A stretch of 64,000 nucleotides of DNA from Minisyncoccota bacterium. Lineage in GTDB: Bacteria > Patescibacteriota > Minisyncoccia > UBA6257. Numbering within the stretch: position 1 is the first letter of the stretch; every line of letters starts with the position of its first letter. Position numbers and translations under genes: made by a program. This document shows positions 28,904 to 40,076 of this stretch, piece after piece. The notes under the pieces were generated by a model. It worked only from the letters and a program-made list of their open reading frames with translations, was not told where the DNA came from and made no database searches. The stretch is taken from the NCBI GenBank assembly GCA_028694995.1, contig JAQVJU010000001.1:173318-237317 (forward strand). Direction: 5' to 3'.

Positions 28904-29619
28904 TGAAAGGTCCAAATTTTAAAAAAATTGAAAAAATAATCGGGGTTCAGTTTAAGAACATAGATTTATTAAAACAAGCTCTGACTCATCGTTCTTTTTT
29001 AAATGAGCATCCAGAGTGGCTAGATATAGGGCATAATGAAAAATTAGAATTTTTAGGTGATGCGGTTATTGGATTAATCACCGCAGAATATTTGTATAAA
29101 AAATACCCTCAACTTCAAGAAGGGGAATTAACCAGTTTAAGAGCAGCGCTTATTAATGGTAATTCTCTTTTAGAAGCAGCAGCAGAAACAGGTATTCAGG
29201 ATTATCTTTTGGTTTCTAAAGGAGAAAAAAAAGAATTAAAAAAACACCAACCCTATTTCCTAGCTAATGCGATTGAAGCCCTTGTTGGGGCTATTTATTT
29301 AGACCAAGGATATACAGAGGCGGAAAAGTTTGCTAAAAAATATCTCTTGGTTAAGGCAGATAAGATTTTTAAAACTAAAAGCTTTAGAGATCCTAAAAGT
29401 ATTTTTCAAGAAAAAAGTCAGGAAATCTTAAGTATTACGCCAACGTATAAATTAATAAAATCTTGGGGGCCTGATCATGCAAAGCAATTTGAGATAGGGG
29501 TTTATTTGAAAGATAAATTAATAGCTCAGGGTGAAGGGTGTTCTAAACAAGAAGCTGAGGTTCAGGCAGCAGAAAAGGCGCTTTTAAAAAAAGAATGGCA
29601 GGAGAAAGCAAAGAAATAA
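28903..29619 (+). CDS. rnc: Ribonuclease III
   Basis: ALTHRS, NEKLEFLGDAV, C-terminal dsRBD (GPDH..F, SKQEAE). Confidence 0.97.
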   Translation: MKGPNFKKIEKIIGVQFKNIDLLKQALTHRSFLNEHPEWLDIGHNEKLEFLGDAVIGLITAEYLYKKYPQLQEGELTSLRAALINGNSLLEAAAETGIQDYLLVSKGEKKELKKHQPYFLANAIEALVGAIYLDQGYTEAEKFAKKYLLVKADKIFKTKSFRDPKSIFQEKSQEILSITPTYKLIKSWGPDHAKQFEIGVYLKDKLIAQGEGCSKQEAEVQAAEKALLKKEWQEKAKK

Positions 29620-29635
29620 AGTAAAAGTTATCTTA

Positions 29636-31738
29636 ATGTTTTTAAAGCAGATTGTTTTAAAGAATTTTAAATCTTTTTCTGGAAAAAATGTTTTAGATTT
29701 TCCAGTTTTTTTTACAGCAATAGTTGGTCCTAATGGTTCAGGTAAATCCAATGTTGTTGATGCAATTCGTTGGGCTTTAGGAGAGCAGAGTTTTAAGAAT
29801 TTAAGAATAAGTCGGGGAAGTGATTTAATTTTTTCTAGCAATAAAAAGAATTTTAGCGCTGGTTTTACTGAAGTAGAATTAATTTTTGATAACAAGCAAG
29901 GGTTGTTTCCTTTGGAATTTTCAGAAGTTTGTATTACCAGGAGAATAGACCGTGAGGAAAATAATAGCTATTTTCTCAATCATCAACCTTGTCGTCTTAA
30001 GGATATTATTGAAATCTCAGCCACAGCCAAATTAGGTTTAAAAGGATTTTCAATTATTAATCAAGGATCAGTAGATCATATCTTAAGAGTTTCTGCTCAG
30101 GAAAGAAGAATAATGCTAGAAGAAGATTTAGGGCTTAAAAACTTGGGTATTAAAAAAGAAGAAGCTAAAAGAAAATTAGAAAGCACTTTGATTAATCTTG
30201 ATAAAATCCAGGCTTTGAGGCAGGAAATCCTTCCTCATCTAAGATCGTTAAAAAGACAAGTTAATCGATGGGAAAAGATAGAGAAAATAAAAACTGAGCT
30301 TTCTCTGCTTGAAAACAAATATTTTATTAATCTTTATAACCGATTATTAAAAGAAAGAAATACTTCTCCTTTGGATTTTAATGCAATTAAGAATAAGATA
30401 GAAAATCTAGAAAAAGAAATTCAAGAACAAAGTAAGGTTATAGGGTTAATTGATAATCAAGAAGATAAAGATTTAGAAACAGAAATTAGAAACTTAACAA
30501 AAGAAATTATTGATTTACAAAACCAAAGGTCAGTTTTATTAAGAGATTTAGGAAGACAAGAAGCAGTATCTGATAAACAAGTTAGTGGCCAGGATTTTGA
30601 AAAAAAACTCCATTCTTTAAAAGAAGAATTAAAATCTTGGCTTTCATTATTTGATTTAGAAAAGATAAAAGAAAAAATCAATTACTTAATTGAAGATTTA
30701 AATTCTTTTCTTGATTTTTCAGATAAGCCTCAAGAGATAGAAAATACAAAAATACAAAAAATTCAATTTGAATTAGAAAAGATAGAAAAAGAATTAAGAA
30801 ATCAGAATGAACAATTAAATAAATTGCAAGAACAACAAAATGAACAGAGCCTAGAGTTTAGGAAAAAATTTCAGGAAATAGAATTAAAAAGAACAGAAAA
30901 AGAAAGATTGTATCGGGAGATGCAAAGAGAAGAAATTTTAAATGAAAAATTTGAGCTTCATTTGGAAGATTTTAAGAGACGACTCAAAGAATCAAATTTT
31001 GAGTTTGATGATTTTGAAAAGAATTATCAAAACACTCAAGAAGAAATGATTACCGATGAGGCATTAAATATTCTTGAAAGGAAGATCTGGAAAGGAAAAC
31101 AAGAACTTATTGAAGCTGGCGCTGAAGATGAAAATATTATTGCTGAATACCATGAGGTCTCAGAGCGTTATAATTTCCTAAATCAACAAATAAATGATTT
31201 AAATAAGGGGACAGAAGATTTGCAATCTTTGATTAAAGAATTGGAAAAGCAAATTGAAGAAAAATTCAATGAAGCCATTAAAGAAATAAATGAACAATTC
31301 AATCATTATTTCCGTTTGATATTTAATGGCGGCGCAGCAAAATTAGTTCAGAAAAGAGAGCAAACCGATAATGGAAATTTGAATTGGGGCATTGATATTA
31401 AAATCAATATTCCAAAAACACAGTTAAAGAGTTTAGAAATACTTTCTGGAGGTGAAAAAACACTAGTGGCCATTTGTTTGTTATTTGCCTTGGTCAAACA
31501 ATCAAAAGCTCCCTTATTAGTAGTTGATGAGATTGACGCAGCCTTAGATGAGGAAAATAGTCGGCGTTTTGCTGAAATTCTAAAAGCTTTAAATCAAAAA
31601 ACTCAATTTATAATCATCACTCATAATCGGATGACAATGAGCGCGGTTCAGGCAATTTATGGAGTGACTTTGACAGCAGATGATTGTTCTCAATTGTTTT
31701 CTTTGAAATTAGAAGAAGCAAAAGCCCTAGCAGAATAA
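29636..31738 (+). CDS. smc: Short SMC-family ATPase (700 aa)
   Basis: NFKSF, GPNGSGKSN, LSGGEK, VDEIDAALD, IIITHN; central coiled coil; conserved rnc-smc order. Confidence 0.82.
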   Translation: MFLKQIVLKNFKSFSGKNVLDFPVFFTAIVGPNGSGKSNVVDAIRWALGEQSFKNLRISRGSDLIFSSNKKNFSAGFTEVELIFDNKQGLFPLEFSEVCITRRIDREENNSYFLNHQPCRLKDIIEISATAKLGLKGFSIINQGSVDHILRVSAQERRIMLEEDLGLKNLGIKKEEAKRKLESTLINLDKIQALRQEILPHLRSLKRQVNRWEKIEKIKTELSLLENKYFINLYNRLLKERNTSPLDFNAIKNKIENLEKEIQEQSKVIGLIDNQEDKDLETEIRNLTKEIIDLQNQRSVLLRDLGRQEAVSDKQVSGQDFEKKLHSLKEELKSWLSLFDLEKIKEKINYLIEDLNSFLDFSDKPQEIENTKIQKIQFELEKIEKELRNQNEQLNKLQEQQNEQSLEFRKKFQEIELKRTEKERLYREMQREEILNEKFELHLEDFKRRLKESNFEFDDFEKNYQNTQEEMITDEALNILERKIWKGKQELIEAGAEDENIIAEYHEVSERYNFLNQQINDLNKGTEDLQSLIKELEKQIEEKFNEAIKEINEQFNHYFRLIFNGGAAKLVQKREQTDNGNLNWGIDIKINIPKTQLKSLEILSGGEKTLVAICLLFALVKQSKAPLLVVDEIDAALDEENSRRFAEILKALNQKTQFIIITHNRMTMSAVQAIYGVTLTADDCSQLFSLKLEEAKALAE

Positions 31739-31739
31739 G

Positions 31740-31768
31740 TTGACTTTTGAAGATTGTTAATTTATCAT
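31740..31768 (+). promoter_or_regulatory. Sigma70-type promoter of khpA
   Basis: TTGACT, 17-bp spacer, TATCAT. Confidence 0.6.
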
Positions 31769-31856
31769 TATTAAAGAGAGGTAGCTGATGAAAGGAAGGG
31801 TCGACGGCTACTTTATTGTTAAGTAAAGAATCAAGAAAATTATTAATTCAGGAAAC

Positions 31857-32177
31857 ATGGCAGAATTACCTGTTGATCAAAAATTACTTGAGTTCATCAT
31901 TAAAAATATAGTCAGCAAACCAGAAGCAGTCCAGGTGGATCGAAAAGTAGATGAGATGGGCGTTTTGCTTTCTTTAAAAGTTGATCCTGATGACATGGCT
32001 CAGATTATTGGCCGTCAGGGATCAATGGCTAAGGCTTTAAGAACAATTCTTAAAGTGGCTGGGGCTAAAAATAAAGCTCGAGTAAATCTTAAGATCGAAG
32101 AACCAGCTGGTTCTTCAAGAGTAAGCCGAGAGGCAGAAAAAATGGCAGAAGATATAGGCAATGATTTGAAAATCTAA
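31857..32177 (+). CDS. khpA: KH-domain RNA-binding protein KhpA (YlqC)
   Basis: VDPDDMAQIIGRQG..AKALRT; upstream of trmD. Confidence 0.88.
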   Translation: MAELPVDQKLLEFIIKNIVSKPEAVQVDRKVDEMGVLLSLKVDPDDMAQIIGRQGSMAKALRTILKVAGAKNKARVNLKIEEPAGSSRVSREAEKMAEDIGNDLKI

Positions 32178-32190
32178 TTTAACCCTTCGG

Positions 32191-32238
32191 TTGAAAAATT
32201 TTTAAAACTGCGGTATGATACAAAATACTGCAGTTTTT
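32191..32238 (+). promoter_or_regulatory. Putative trmD promoter overlapped by an inverted repeat (possible khpA terminator)
   Basis: TTGAAA-17-TATGAT (32191-32219); AAAACTGCGGTAT / ATACTGCAGTTTT stem followed by T. Confidence 0.5.
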
Positions 32239-32249
32239 ATTATGAAATT

Positions 32250-32939
32250 ATGCATTTTGATATTTTAACTATTTTCCCAGAGGTTTTTAAAACATATTTT
32301 GAAACTTCTATTATTAAAAGAGCTCAAGAAAAGAAGATTGTAAAGATTAATATTCATAACCTTCGAGATTGGACAAATGATTCTCATCAAAGCGTTGATG
32401 ATGTTCCTTTTGGCGGAGGAGTGGGCATGATTTTTAAAGTTGAGCCAATATTTCAAGCAGTCAAAGATTTAAAAAAGAAACAAAAGAAAAAAAAGTGCCA
32501 GGTGATTCTTTTTTCTGCTAAAGGGAAAAAATTAAACCAGAAAAAAGCTAAGGAATTAGCTCAAAATGATAGGTTGATTCTTATCTGCCCTCGTTATGAA
32601 GGAGTTGATGAAAGAGTGGCTAAATATATTGCTGATGAAGAAATTTCTATTGGTGATTATATTTTAACTGGTGGAGAATTACCAGCAATGGTTTTAGTTG
32701 ATTGTGTGGTGCGTTTACTTCCTGGAGCGATTAAAGAAGAATCTTTATTAGAAGAATCTTTTGCTCCAAATCTTGAATCATTGGGAGAATATCCTCAATA
32801 TACAAGACCAGCTGTTTTTTATCCAAAAAAGAATAATAAAAAAATATCTTGGCAGGTGCCTAAAGTTTTAACTTCTGGCAACCATCAGAAGATTCAAGAG
32901 TGGAAAACTAAGCATTTTAAAAAAATACCAAAAAGATGA
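32250..32939 (+). CDS. trmD: tRNA (guanine-N1)-methyltransferase
   Basis: LTIFPE, VDDVPFGGG, RYEGVDER, SIGDYILTGGE, YPQYTRP. Confidence 0.97.
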   Translation: MHFDILTIFPEVFKTYFETSIIKRAQEKKIVKINIHNLRDWTNDSHQSVDDVPFGGGVGMIFKVEPIFQAVKDLKKKQKKKKCQVILFSAKGKKLNQKKAKELAQNDRLILICPRYEGVDERVAKYIADEEISIGDYILTGGELPAMVLVDCVVRLLPGAIKEESLLEESFAPNLESLGEYPQYTRPAVFYPKKNNKKISWQVPKVLTSGNHQKIQEWKTKHFKKIPKR

Positions 32940-33151
32940 TTCTTTTATCTTTTAGGGCAAATGGCAATCAATTTGAGGTTAAAGTGGAAAAAGGTGAAGA
33001 TTTGCTAATTGCTCTTGACAAATTATTTAAAAAGCATAGAATAGGAAAGGAAAGTGTCAGTAATTGGCAATTAAATTTTTCTAAAGAAAAAAGCATTATT
33101 TCTAAAAGAATTGCCCAATCTATTGTTAATGCGTTAAAATTTACGGCCTGA
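32936..33151 (+). CDS. Small protein resembling a TsaB N-terminal fragment
   Basis: EDLLIALDKLFKK...SIISKRIAQSIVNAL parallels TsaB 'LLP.ID.LL...GPGSFTGLRI...A..L'; ATGA overlap with trmD. Confidence 0.5.
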   Translation: MILLSFRANGNQFEVKVEKGEDLLIALDKLFKKHRIGKESVSNWQLNFSKEKSIISKRIAQSIVNALKFTA

Positions 33152-33204
33152 AAATTAAAAAGGTCTTCTTATTTTTTATAAGCTTATTTAATATTTAATT
33201 ATCA

Positions 33205-36200
33205 ATGATAACAAATTTTTCCCGTTGTTCCCGGAGGGTTTTAGAGCCACCGCGATTAACTCAATTCCAAACAGATTCTTTTAATTGGTTTTTAAAAGAA
33301 GGCATCAGTGAAGTTTTTAAAGAGCTATTTCCGATAAAAGATTATTCGGGAAAAGATTTGGAATTGGGTTTTTTAAATTATTATTTTGAAAATCCTAAGA
33401 TATCAGAGAAACAAGCAAAGGAAAAAGGATTAAATTATGATTCTACTCTTAGAGTAAAATTACAATTGATTCAGAAAAATTCAGGCATTAGCAGAGAACA
33501 AGAAGTTTATTTTGGAGAAATTCCAGTGATGACCCCTCGAGGGACTTTTATTATTAATGGAGTGGAAAAAGTAGTTATTTCTCAAATTAACCGATCTCCT
33601 GGAGTGTATTTTTCCGCAGTTAATGTAAGAGGGAAGAGAGTTTTTAACGCTAAGATAATTCCTAATCATGGGGCTTGGTTAGAATTTGAAACAGATAAAG
33701 ATGGAGTGATAAGCGTAAAGATAGATAGAAAAAGGAAAATTCCCGTGACAACGCTCTTAAGGATTTTTGGTTTAGAAAGCAATAAAGAGATAAAAAAAGT
33801 TTTTGAAAAAGAAGAAGAAAAATCAGAAATCAAACATATAGAAAATACTTTAAAAAAAGATTTGGCCTCTGATAAAGAAGAAGGCTATATTGAAATTTAT
33901 CGTTATCAAAGGCCAGGAGAACTGGCAACTTTTGATAATGCTTATGATTTAATAAACAATATGTTTTTCCGATCAGATAGATATGATTTGGCAAAAGTTG
34001 GTCGCTATAAGATGAATCAACGTCTTGATCTTGAAACTTCTTTTGAACAAAGAAGTTTAACTCAAGAAGATTTAATTTCAATCATTAAAGAAATCATTAG
34101 ATTAAATAATGATGAAGAAGCCTTAGAAGATGATATTGACCATTTAGGCAATAGAAGGGTTAAGGCAGTAGGGGAAATCTTATCTGAAAGAGTTAGAGTG
34201 GGTTTAATGAGAATGCGTCGTACAATTCAAGATCGAATGGCAGTTTTAGACCCAGAGGTTTTAATGCCAGCTCAGTTAATTAATCCTCATCAGTTGGTAA
34301 ATGTGATTCGGGAATTCTTTAATGTTTCTCAGCTTTGTCAATTCATGGAACAGATGAACATGCTTTCAGAGCTTGAGCATAAAAGAAGGGTGACTAGTAT
34401 GGGACCTGGAGGTTTGGTTAGAGAAAGAGCTGGATTAGAAGTTAGAGATATTCAAACTAGCCATTATGGACGCTTATGTCCTATTCAAACTCCAGAAGGA
34501 CAGAACATAGGATTGGTTCTTTCTTTATCTCTTTATGCTCGTTTAAATGAATTTGGTTTTATAGAAACACCATATATTAAAGTGGCAAATGGACAATTAA
34601 CAGGAGAAATTGTTTGGTTAAATGCCTTTGAAGAATTAAAACATAAAATTGCTCATGGAGCAGTTAAAGTTAGTGACAAAGGGAAAATTGAAGAAGAATG
34701 GATTGGCGCCAGGGTTAGAGGTGAGCCAACTTTAATTAAAAACAAAGAAGTTGATTTAATGGATGTTTCTTGTCAGCAAATTATCTCAGTTGCTGTAAGC
34801 TTGATTCCTTTTCTAGAACATGATGAGTCAAACAGAGCTTTAATGGGGGCTAATATGCAAAGGCAAGCAGTGCCTTGCGTTAGAGCTCAAGCGCCCTTAG
34901 TGGCTACAGGCATTGAAAACAAGGTTGCTTTTGAATCAGGCCAATGTTTGATTAGTGAAGAAGATGGAATTGTTGAAGAAGTTGATGCTAGTCATATTAC
35001 AATTAAACTTGCTAATAGTAAAAAAGAAGATAAACGGGTTTATGAACTTACTAATTTTGGCCGAAGTAATAAAAACAGCTGGTTAATGCACAAGCCAATA
35101 GTTAAAAAGGGAGATAAGGTAAAAAAAGGAGATATTTTAGCTGATGGAGCAGCTACTAAGCAAGGGATGTTAGCCTTGGGTCAGAATTTATTAGTTGCCT
35201 TTATGCCTTTTTTTGGTGCTAATTATGAAGATGCGATTGTTATTTCAGAAAGAGTTTTAAGAAATGACAATTTCTCTTCTGTGTATTTAGAAGAATTTAC
35301 TTGTGATGTGGTAGAAACTAAATTAGGTCCGGAGATGACTACTCGGGATATTCCAAATGTTTCTGAAGAAAAATTAAAAAACTTAGATGAGGAAGGGATT
35401 ATTAGAATTGGAGCTGAAGTAAAAGGAGGGGATATTTTAGTAGGTAAAATTTCTCCAAAAGGCAAGGCAGAATTAACTTCTGAAGAAAGATTATTACAGG
35501 CTATCTTTGGAGAACAAATGAAAGACATTAAAGACACTTCTTTGGTTTTAGATCCCTCGCGTCAAGGACGAGTTGTTAGGACTAAAATATTATCTCGTAA
35601 AGAAGGAGATAAGTTAAAAGTGGGAGTGATTAAAAAAATCAGTGTTGAGATTGCTGAATTAAGAAATATTATGGCTGGTGATAAATTAGCTGGACGTCAT
35701 GGAAATAAAGGAGTGATTTCGGTTATTGTGCCAGAAGAAGATATGCCTTATTTAGAAGATGGCACACCAATTGATGTCATTTTAAATCCACTAGGTATTG
35801 GTAGTCGTATGAATATTGGACAGGTTTTTGAAAATCATTTAGGCTTGGCTGCTCATAAATTAGGTTATCAAGCAATTAGCCCAGCTTTAGACGGAGCAAC
35901 AGAAGAGGATATAAAAAGTGAATTGAAAAAAGCTGGAATTCCTGAAGATGGAAAGGTTGTTTTATATAATGGAAAAACAGGTGAATCTTTTGATAAAAGA
36001 GTAGCTGTGGGCATGATGTATATTATGAAATTAGAGCATATGGTGCAGGATAAAGTTCATATGCGAGCTATTGGTTCTTATTCTTTAATTACTCAACAGC
36101 CTTTAGGGGGTAGAGCTCATCATGGTGGTCAGAGATTTGGAGAAATGGAAGTTTGGGCTTTAGAAGGTTATGGTTCAGCTTATACTTTACAAGAAATGCT

Positions 36201-36387
36201 AACTATTAAATCTGATGATGTTTTAGGCAGAGGAGCGACTTATGAAGCTATTATCAAAGGTGAGAAAATCAAAAGCCCAAATATTCCAGCTGCTTTTGAT
36301 GTGATTTTAAAAGAATTACAAGCCTTAGGTTTGGCGTCTAATTTAATTGGAGTTAAAACTGAAGAAGAAAAAACACCAGAGGAATAA
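33205..36387 (+). CDS. rpoB: RNA polymerase beta subunit
   Basis: GTFIING, DIDHLGNRR, GANMQRQA, GDKLAGRHGNKG, GQRFGEME. Confidence 0.99.
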   Translation: MITNFSRCSRRVLEPPRLTQFQTDSFNWFLKEGISEVFKELFPIKDYSGKDLELGFLNYYFENPKISEKQAKEKGLNYDSTLRVKLQLIQKNSGISREQEVYFGEIPVMTPRGTFIINGVEKVVISQINRSPGVYFSAVNVRGKRVFNAKIIPNHGAWLEFETDKDGVISVKIDRKRKIPVTTLLRIFGLESNKEIKKVFEKEEEKSEIKHIENTLKKDLASDKEEGYIEIYRYQRPGELATFDNAYDLINNMFFRSDRYDLAKVGRYKMNQRLDLETSFEQRSLTQEDLISIIKEIIRLNNDEEALEDDIDHLGNRRVKAVGEILSERVRVGLMRMRRTIQDRMAVLDPEVLMPAQLINPHQLVNVIREFFNVSQLCQFMEQMNMLSELEHKRRVTSMGPGGLVRERAGLEVRDIQTSHYGRLCPIQTPEGQNIGLVLSLSLYARLNEFGFIETPYIKVANGQLTGEIVWLNAFEELKHKIAHGAVKVSDKGKIEEEWIGARVRGEPTLIKNKEVDLMDVSCQQIISVAVSLIPFLEHDESNRALMGANMQRQAVPCVRAQAPLVATGIENKVAFESGQCLISEEDGIVEEVDASHITIKLANSKKEDKRVYELTNFGRSNKNSWLMHKPIVKKGDKVKKGDILADGAATKQGMLALGQNLLVAFMPFFGANYEDAIVISERVLRNDNFSSVYLEEFTCDVVETKLGPEMTTRDIPNVSEEKLKNLDEEGIIRIGAEVKGGDILVGKISPKGKAELTSEERLLQAIFGEQMKDIKDTSLVLDPSRQGRVVRTKILSRKEGDKLKVGVIKKISVEIAELRNIMAGDKLAGRHGNKGVISVIVPEEDMPYLEDGTPIDVILNPLGIGSRMNIGQVFENHLGLAAHKLGYQAISPALDGATEEDIKSELKKAGIPEDGKVVLYNGKTGESFDKRVAVGMMYIMKLEHMVQDKVHMRAIGSYSLITQQPLGGRAHHGGQRFGEMEVWALEGYGSAYTLQEMLTIKSDDVLGRGATYEAIIKGEKIKSPNIPAAFDVILKELQALGLASNLIGVKTEEEKTPEE

Positions 36388-36402
36388 TTTATATAAACTT
36401 AG

Positions 36403-39400
36403 ATGAATATGCAAAAAGACAAAGAAACACAAATAAGAGATTTTGAAGCTTTGAGCTTAAAAATAGCCTCTCCAGAGGAGATTTTGTCTTGGTCTTATAA
36501 CGAAATGGCAAAAACTTATGGCGAGGTGGTTAAAGCAGAAACCATAAATTATCGCACTCAAAAACCAGAAAAAGAAGGGTTGTTTTCAGAGCAGATTTTT
36601 GGGCCAGTTAAAGATTATGAATGCGCTTGCGGTAAATACCGAGGGGCTCATTATAGGGGTATTGTTTGTGATCGTTGCGGAGTGGAGATAACCCGTTCTT
36701 TTGTCAGAAGGGAAAAAATGGGACATATTAAATTAGCCACACCAGTGGTGCATATTTGGTTTTTAAGAAGTGTGCCTTCAAGAATTGGATTGATTTTAAA
36801 TGTTCCAATGAATGCTTTGGAAAGAGTGGTTTATTATAACAGTTATATCGTTACTTCTATTGACGAAGAGGCTAAAAAGAGAGTTTTAGCAGAGATAGAA
36901 ACAGAATATCAATCTAAATTAAAAAGTTGGCCAGCAAAACAAAAAAAAGAATTAACTGAATCTTTAACCGAAGCTAAAGGAGAAATTGAATCCATAAAAT
37001 TAAAAACAATCTTTTCTGAAATTGAATACATAAATTTATCAAAAAAATACGGAGAAGTTTTTACAGCAGAAACAGGAAGCGAGCCTTTAAGAAAATTATT
37101 AGAGCAGATAGATCTTAAAAAATTAGAAAAAGAATTAACAGCAGAGATAGACAAAAAAAAGTCAAAAACTACTGATAAAAAAGTTTTAGCCCGTTTGAAA
37201 TTAGTTAAAGGTTTTCTTGATTCAGGAACACGACCAGAGTGGATGTTTTTAACAATTCTTCCAGTATTGCCACCAGATTTAAGACCAATGGTTCAATTAG
37301 AAGGAGGCAAGTTTGCCACCTCTGATTTAAATGATTTATATCGTCGAGTTATTAATCGTAATAATCGTTTAAAAAAATTATTAGAGCTTAAGGCGCCAGA
37401 GGTAATAATTAAAAATGAAAAAAGAATGCTTCAAGAAGCTGTTGATGCTTTAATTGATAATTCAATTAGAAAAACATCAGGAACAACTTCTATGCATTCA
37501 GCTCAACACAGACCTCTTCGGTCTTTGGCTGATGTTTTGCAAGGCAAACAGGGTCGTTTTCGTCAAAATCTTTTAGGTAAGAGAGTAGATTATTCAGGTC
37601 GTTCAGTTATTGTTATTGGTCCAGAATTAAAGATTCATGAATGCGGTTTGCCTAAAAAAATGGCCTTGGAGTTATTTAAACCTTTTGTGGCCAGTGAATT
37701 AATTAAAAGGGAGATAGTTTTTAATCCCCGGGCAGCTAATCGTTTAATAGAAGAAGAGCCAGATGTAGTTTGGGAAATATTAGAAAAAATAGTTAAAGGA
37801 AGATATGTTTTATTGAATAGAGCGCCAACGCTTCATCGCTTAAGCATTCAGGCTTTTAAACCTAAATTAATAGAAGGTTTGGCTATTCAAATCCCGGCTT
37901 TAGTTACGCCGCCTTTTAATGCAGACTTTGATGGAGATCAAATGGCTGTTCATGTGCCTTTGTCAGAAGAAGCTCAAAGAGAGAGTGAAACAAGAATGAT
38001 GGCAAATCTGGGATTAATAAAGCCAGCTAATGGCGAACCAGCTATGTTGCCGCGACATGAAATGATTTTAGGCATTTATTGGTTGACAATGGATTTTTCC
38101 GAAGAGATTAAAGAGGAAAAAGAATTGAAAACATTTTCTAGTGAAAAAGAAGCTTTGTTTGCTTATGAGTATAAAAAGATAGATCTTCATGAAGCGATTA
38201 GAGCAAAGATTTCTAAAGAAGATAATAAGTTAACAACTACCACGGTTGGAAGAATTATCTTTAATGAAGCTTTGCCCAAAGAATTTCCTTTTTATAACAA
38301 GCAGTTAGCAGTAAAAGAAATGAAACAGGTAGCCAAAGAAATACTTGGCTATTATAAAGATTTTAAAAAGAGCGCTGAAGTATTGGATGCTATAAAAGAT
38401 TTGGGTTTTCATTATGCTACTTTGTCTGGTATTTCTTGGGGACTTACTGATTTGAGAATACCAAAGGAAAAACCAGCTATTTTAGCGGAAACTTCAAAGA
38501 AAGTAGAAGAGATAATTAATCAATATCGGGAAGGATTTTTAACCTCACAAGAAAGAAAAGACTTAATAAAGACTCAATGGTGGCAGGCGTCTAATCAGGT
38601 TTCTGCTCTTGTTGAAAAATCTTTGGAAAAAAATGATTCAATCTACATTTTCTTTAATTCTGGCGCCAAAGGCAACTGGGGCATTGCCGCTCAGATTATG
38701 GGCATGAAAGGATTGGTAGTTGATCCTTTAGGACGCTCAATAGAAATGCCTATCTTATCCTCTCATCAGGAAGGATTTAATGTTTTGGAATATTTTGCCG
38801 CTTCTCATGGTGGTCGAAAAGGATTGGCTGATACAGCATTAAAAACTTCTTTTGCTGGTTATTTGACTCGAAGATTAGTTGATGTGGCTCAGGATGTGAT
38901 AATCAAAGAAGAGGATTGTCGTTGTAAAAAAGGCCTTTTGGTTAATAGAAAAGAATGTGAGCTTGAAGATGTCAGTTTTGAAAAAAGAATCTTTGGAAGA
39001 TATTTAGCTCAAAATGTTGTTAATAAAAAAGGCACCATAATTCTTAAAGCTGGAGAATTGCTTGATGAATTGAATATGGAGAAAATATTAAAATCATCAA
39101 CAGAAGAAGTTATTGTTCGTTCTCCATTAAGTTGCGGATGTTTGGATGGGGTTTGCCAGAAATGTTATGGCATTGATTTGGCCTGGAGGAAACCAATAGA
39201 TTTAGGTGAGGCAGTGGGTATTGTGGCTGCGCAATCAATTGGCGAGCCTGGCACTCAATTAACCTTAAGGACTTTCCATACTGGTGGGGTGGCTCAGGCA
39301 ATAGACATTACCCAAGGTTTACCCAGGGTAGAAGAAATTTTTGAAGCTAGAGTTCCAAAAGGAGAAGCAGTTATTAGTGAAGTTGAAGGTACGGTAATGG

Positions 39401-40011
39401 ATATTAAAAAGGCAGGTCATGAAAAACATGTTGTGATTAAAACTAAAGAAGGAAAATCTTCTTTAGTTGAATATGCAATTCCTGAAAAAGTTACCTTATG
39501 GGTTAAGAAAGGGGAAACAGTTAAAAAGGGTGATCAGCTTAGTGAAGGTAATATTGATTTAAAGAAACTTTTAAAGGTTTTAGGCAGAGAAGCTTGTCAG
39601 CAATATATCTTAAAAGAAGTAAAGAAGGTTTATAATATTGCTGGGGAAGATATTAGTGAGAAACATTTTGAGATAATGATAAAACAGATGTTTTCTTTGG
39701 TGAAAATAACAGATAAAGGAGCAAGTGAATTTATTCCTGGAGAATTAGTTTCTAAGCGAGTATTTGAAGAAACAGCTAAGGAGTTAAAAACCGCTGGTAA
39801 AAAACAACCAAAATCAGAAGAAGTTTTAATGGGCATTAAAAATGTTGCCCTTAATTCAGAAAGTTTCTTATCAGCAGCTTCTTTCCAAGAAACCTCTCGT
39901 ACTTTGATTCGGGCAGCCATAGAAGGTAAAAAAGATTATCTGAAAGGATTAAAGGAAAATGTAATTATTGGGAGATTGATTCCTGCAGGAACTGGATTTA
40001 GAAAAAAATAA
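36403..40011 (+). CDS. rpoC: RNA polymerase beta' subunit
   Basis: NADFDGDQM catalytic motif, [20 protein letters not shown]. Confidence 0.99.
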   Translation: MNMQKDKETQIRDFEALSLKIASPEEILSWSYNEMAKTYGEVVKAETINYRTQKPEKEGLFSEQIFGPVKDYECACGKYRGAHYRGIVCDRCGVEITRSFVRREKMGHIKLATPVVHIWFLRSVPSRIGLILNVPMNALERVVYYNSYIVTSIDEEAKKRVLAEIETEYQSKLKSWPAKQKKELTESLTEAKGEIESIKLKTIFSEIEYINLSKKYGEVFTAETGSEPLRKLLEQIDLKKLEKELTAEIDKKKSKTTDKKVLARLKLVKGFLDSGTRPEWMFLTILPVLPPDLRPMVQLEGGKFATSDLNDLYRRVINRNNRLKKLLELKAPEVIIKNEKRMLQEAVDALIDNSIRKTSGTTSMHSAQHRPLRSLADVLQGKQGRFRQNLLGKRVDYSGRSVIVIGPELKIHECGLPKKMALELFKPFVASELIKREIVFNPRAANRLIEEEPDVVWEILEKIVKGRYVLLNRAPTLHRLSIQAFKPKLIEGLAIQIPALVTPPFNADFDGDQMAVHVPLSEEAQRESETRMMANLGLIKPANGEPAMLPRHEMILGIYWLTMDFSEEIKEEKELKTFSSEKEALFAYEYKKIDLHEAIRAKISKEDNKLTTTTVGRIIFNEALPKEFPFYNKQLAVKEMKQVAKEILGYYKDFKKSAEVLDAIKDLGFHYATLSGISWGLTDLRIPKEKPAILAETSKKVEEIINQYREGFLTSQERKDLIKTQWWQASNQVSALVEKSLEKNDSIYIFFNSGAKGNWGIAAQIMGMKGLVVDPLGRSIEMPILSSHQEGFNVLEYFAASHGGRKGLADTALKTSFAGYLTRRLVDVAQDVIIKEEDCRCKKGLLVNRKECELEDVSFEKRIFGRYLAQNVVNKKGTIILKAGELLDELNMEKILKSSTEEVIVRSPLSCGCLDGVCQKCYGIDLAWRKPIDLGEAVGIVAAQSIGEPGTQLTLRTFHTGGVAQAIDITQGLPRVEEIFEARVPKGEAVISEVEGTVMDIKKAGHEKHVVIKTKEGKSSLVEYAIPEKVTLWVKKGETVKKGDQLSEGNIDLKKLLKVLGREACQQYILKEVKKVYNIAGEDISEKHFEIMIKQMFSLVKITDKGASEFIPGELVSKRVFEETAKELKTAGKKQPKSEEVLMGIKNVALNSESFLSAASFQETSRTLIRAAIEGKKDYLKGLKENVIIGRLIPAGTGFRKK

Positions 40012-40076
40012 ATTTTATTATATAATAGATATAAGAGCTAAATATATTAGCCATATGTTATAATTTAAATAGCAAA

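Noticed and set aside
31785-31804. CTGATGA resembling a hammerhead ribozyme core
   Set aside because: No stem II followed by GAAA and no stem I/III arrangement
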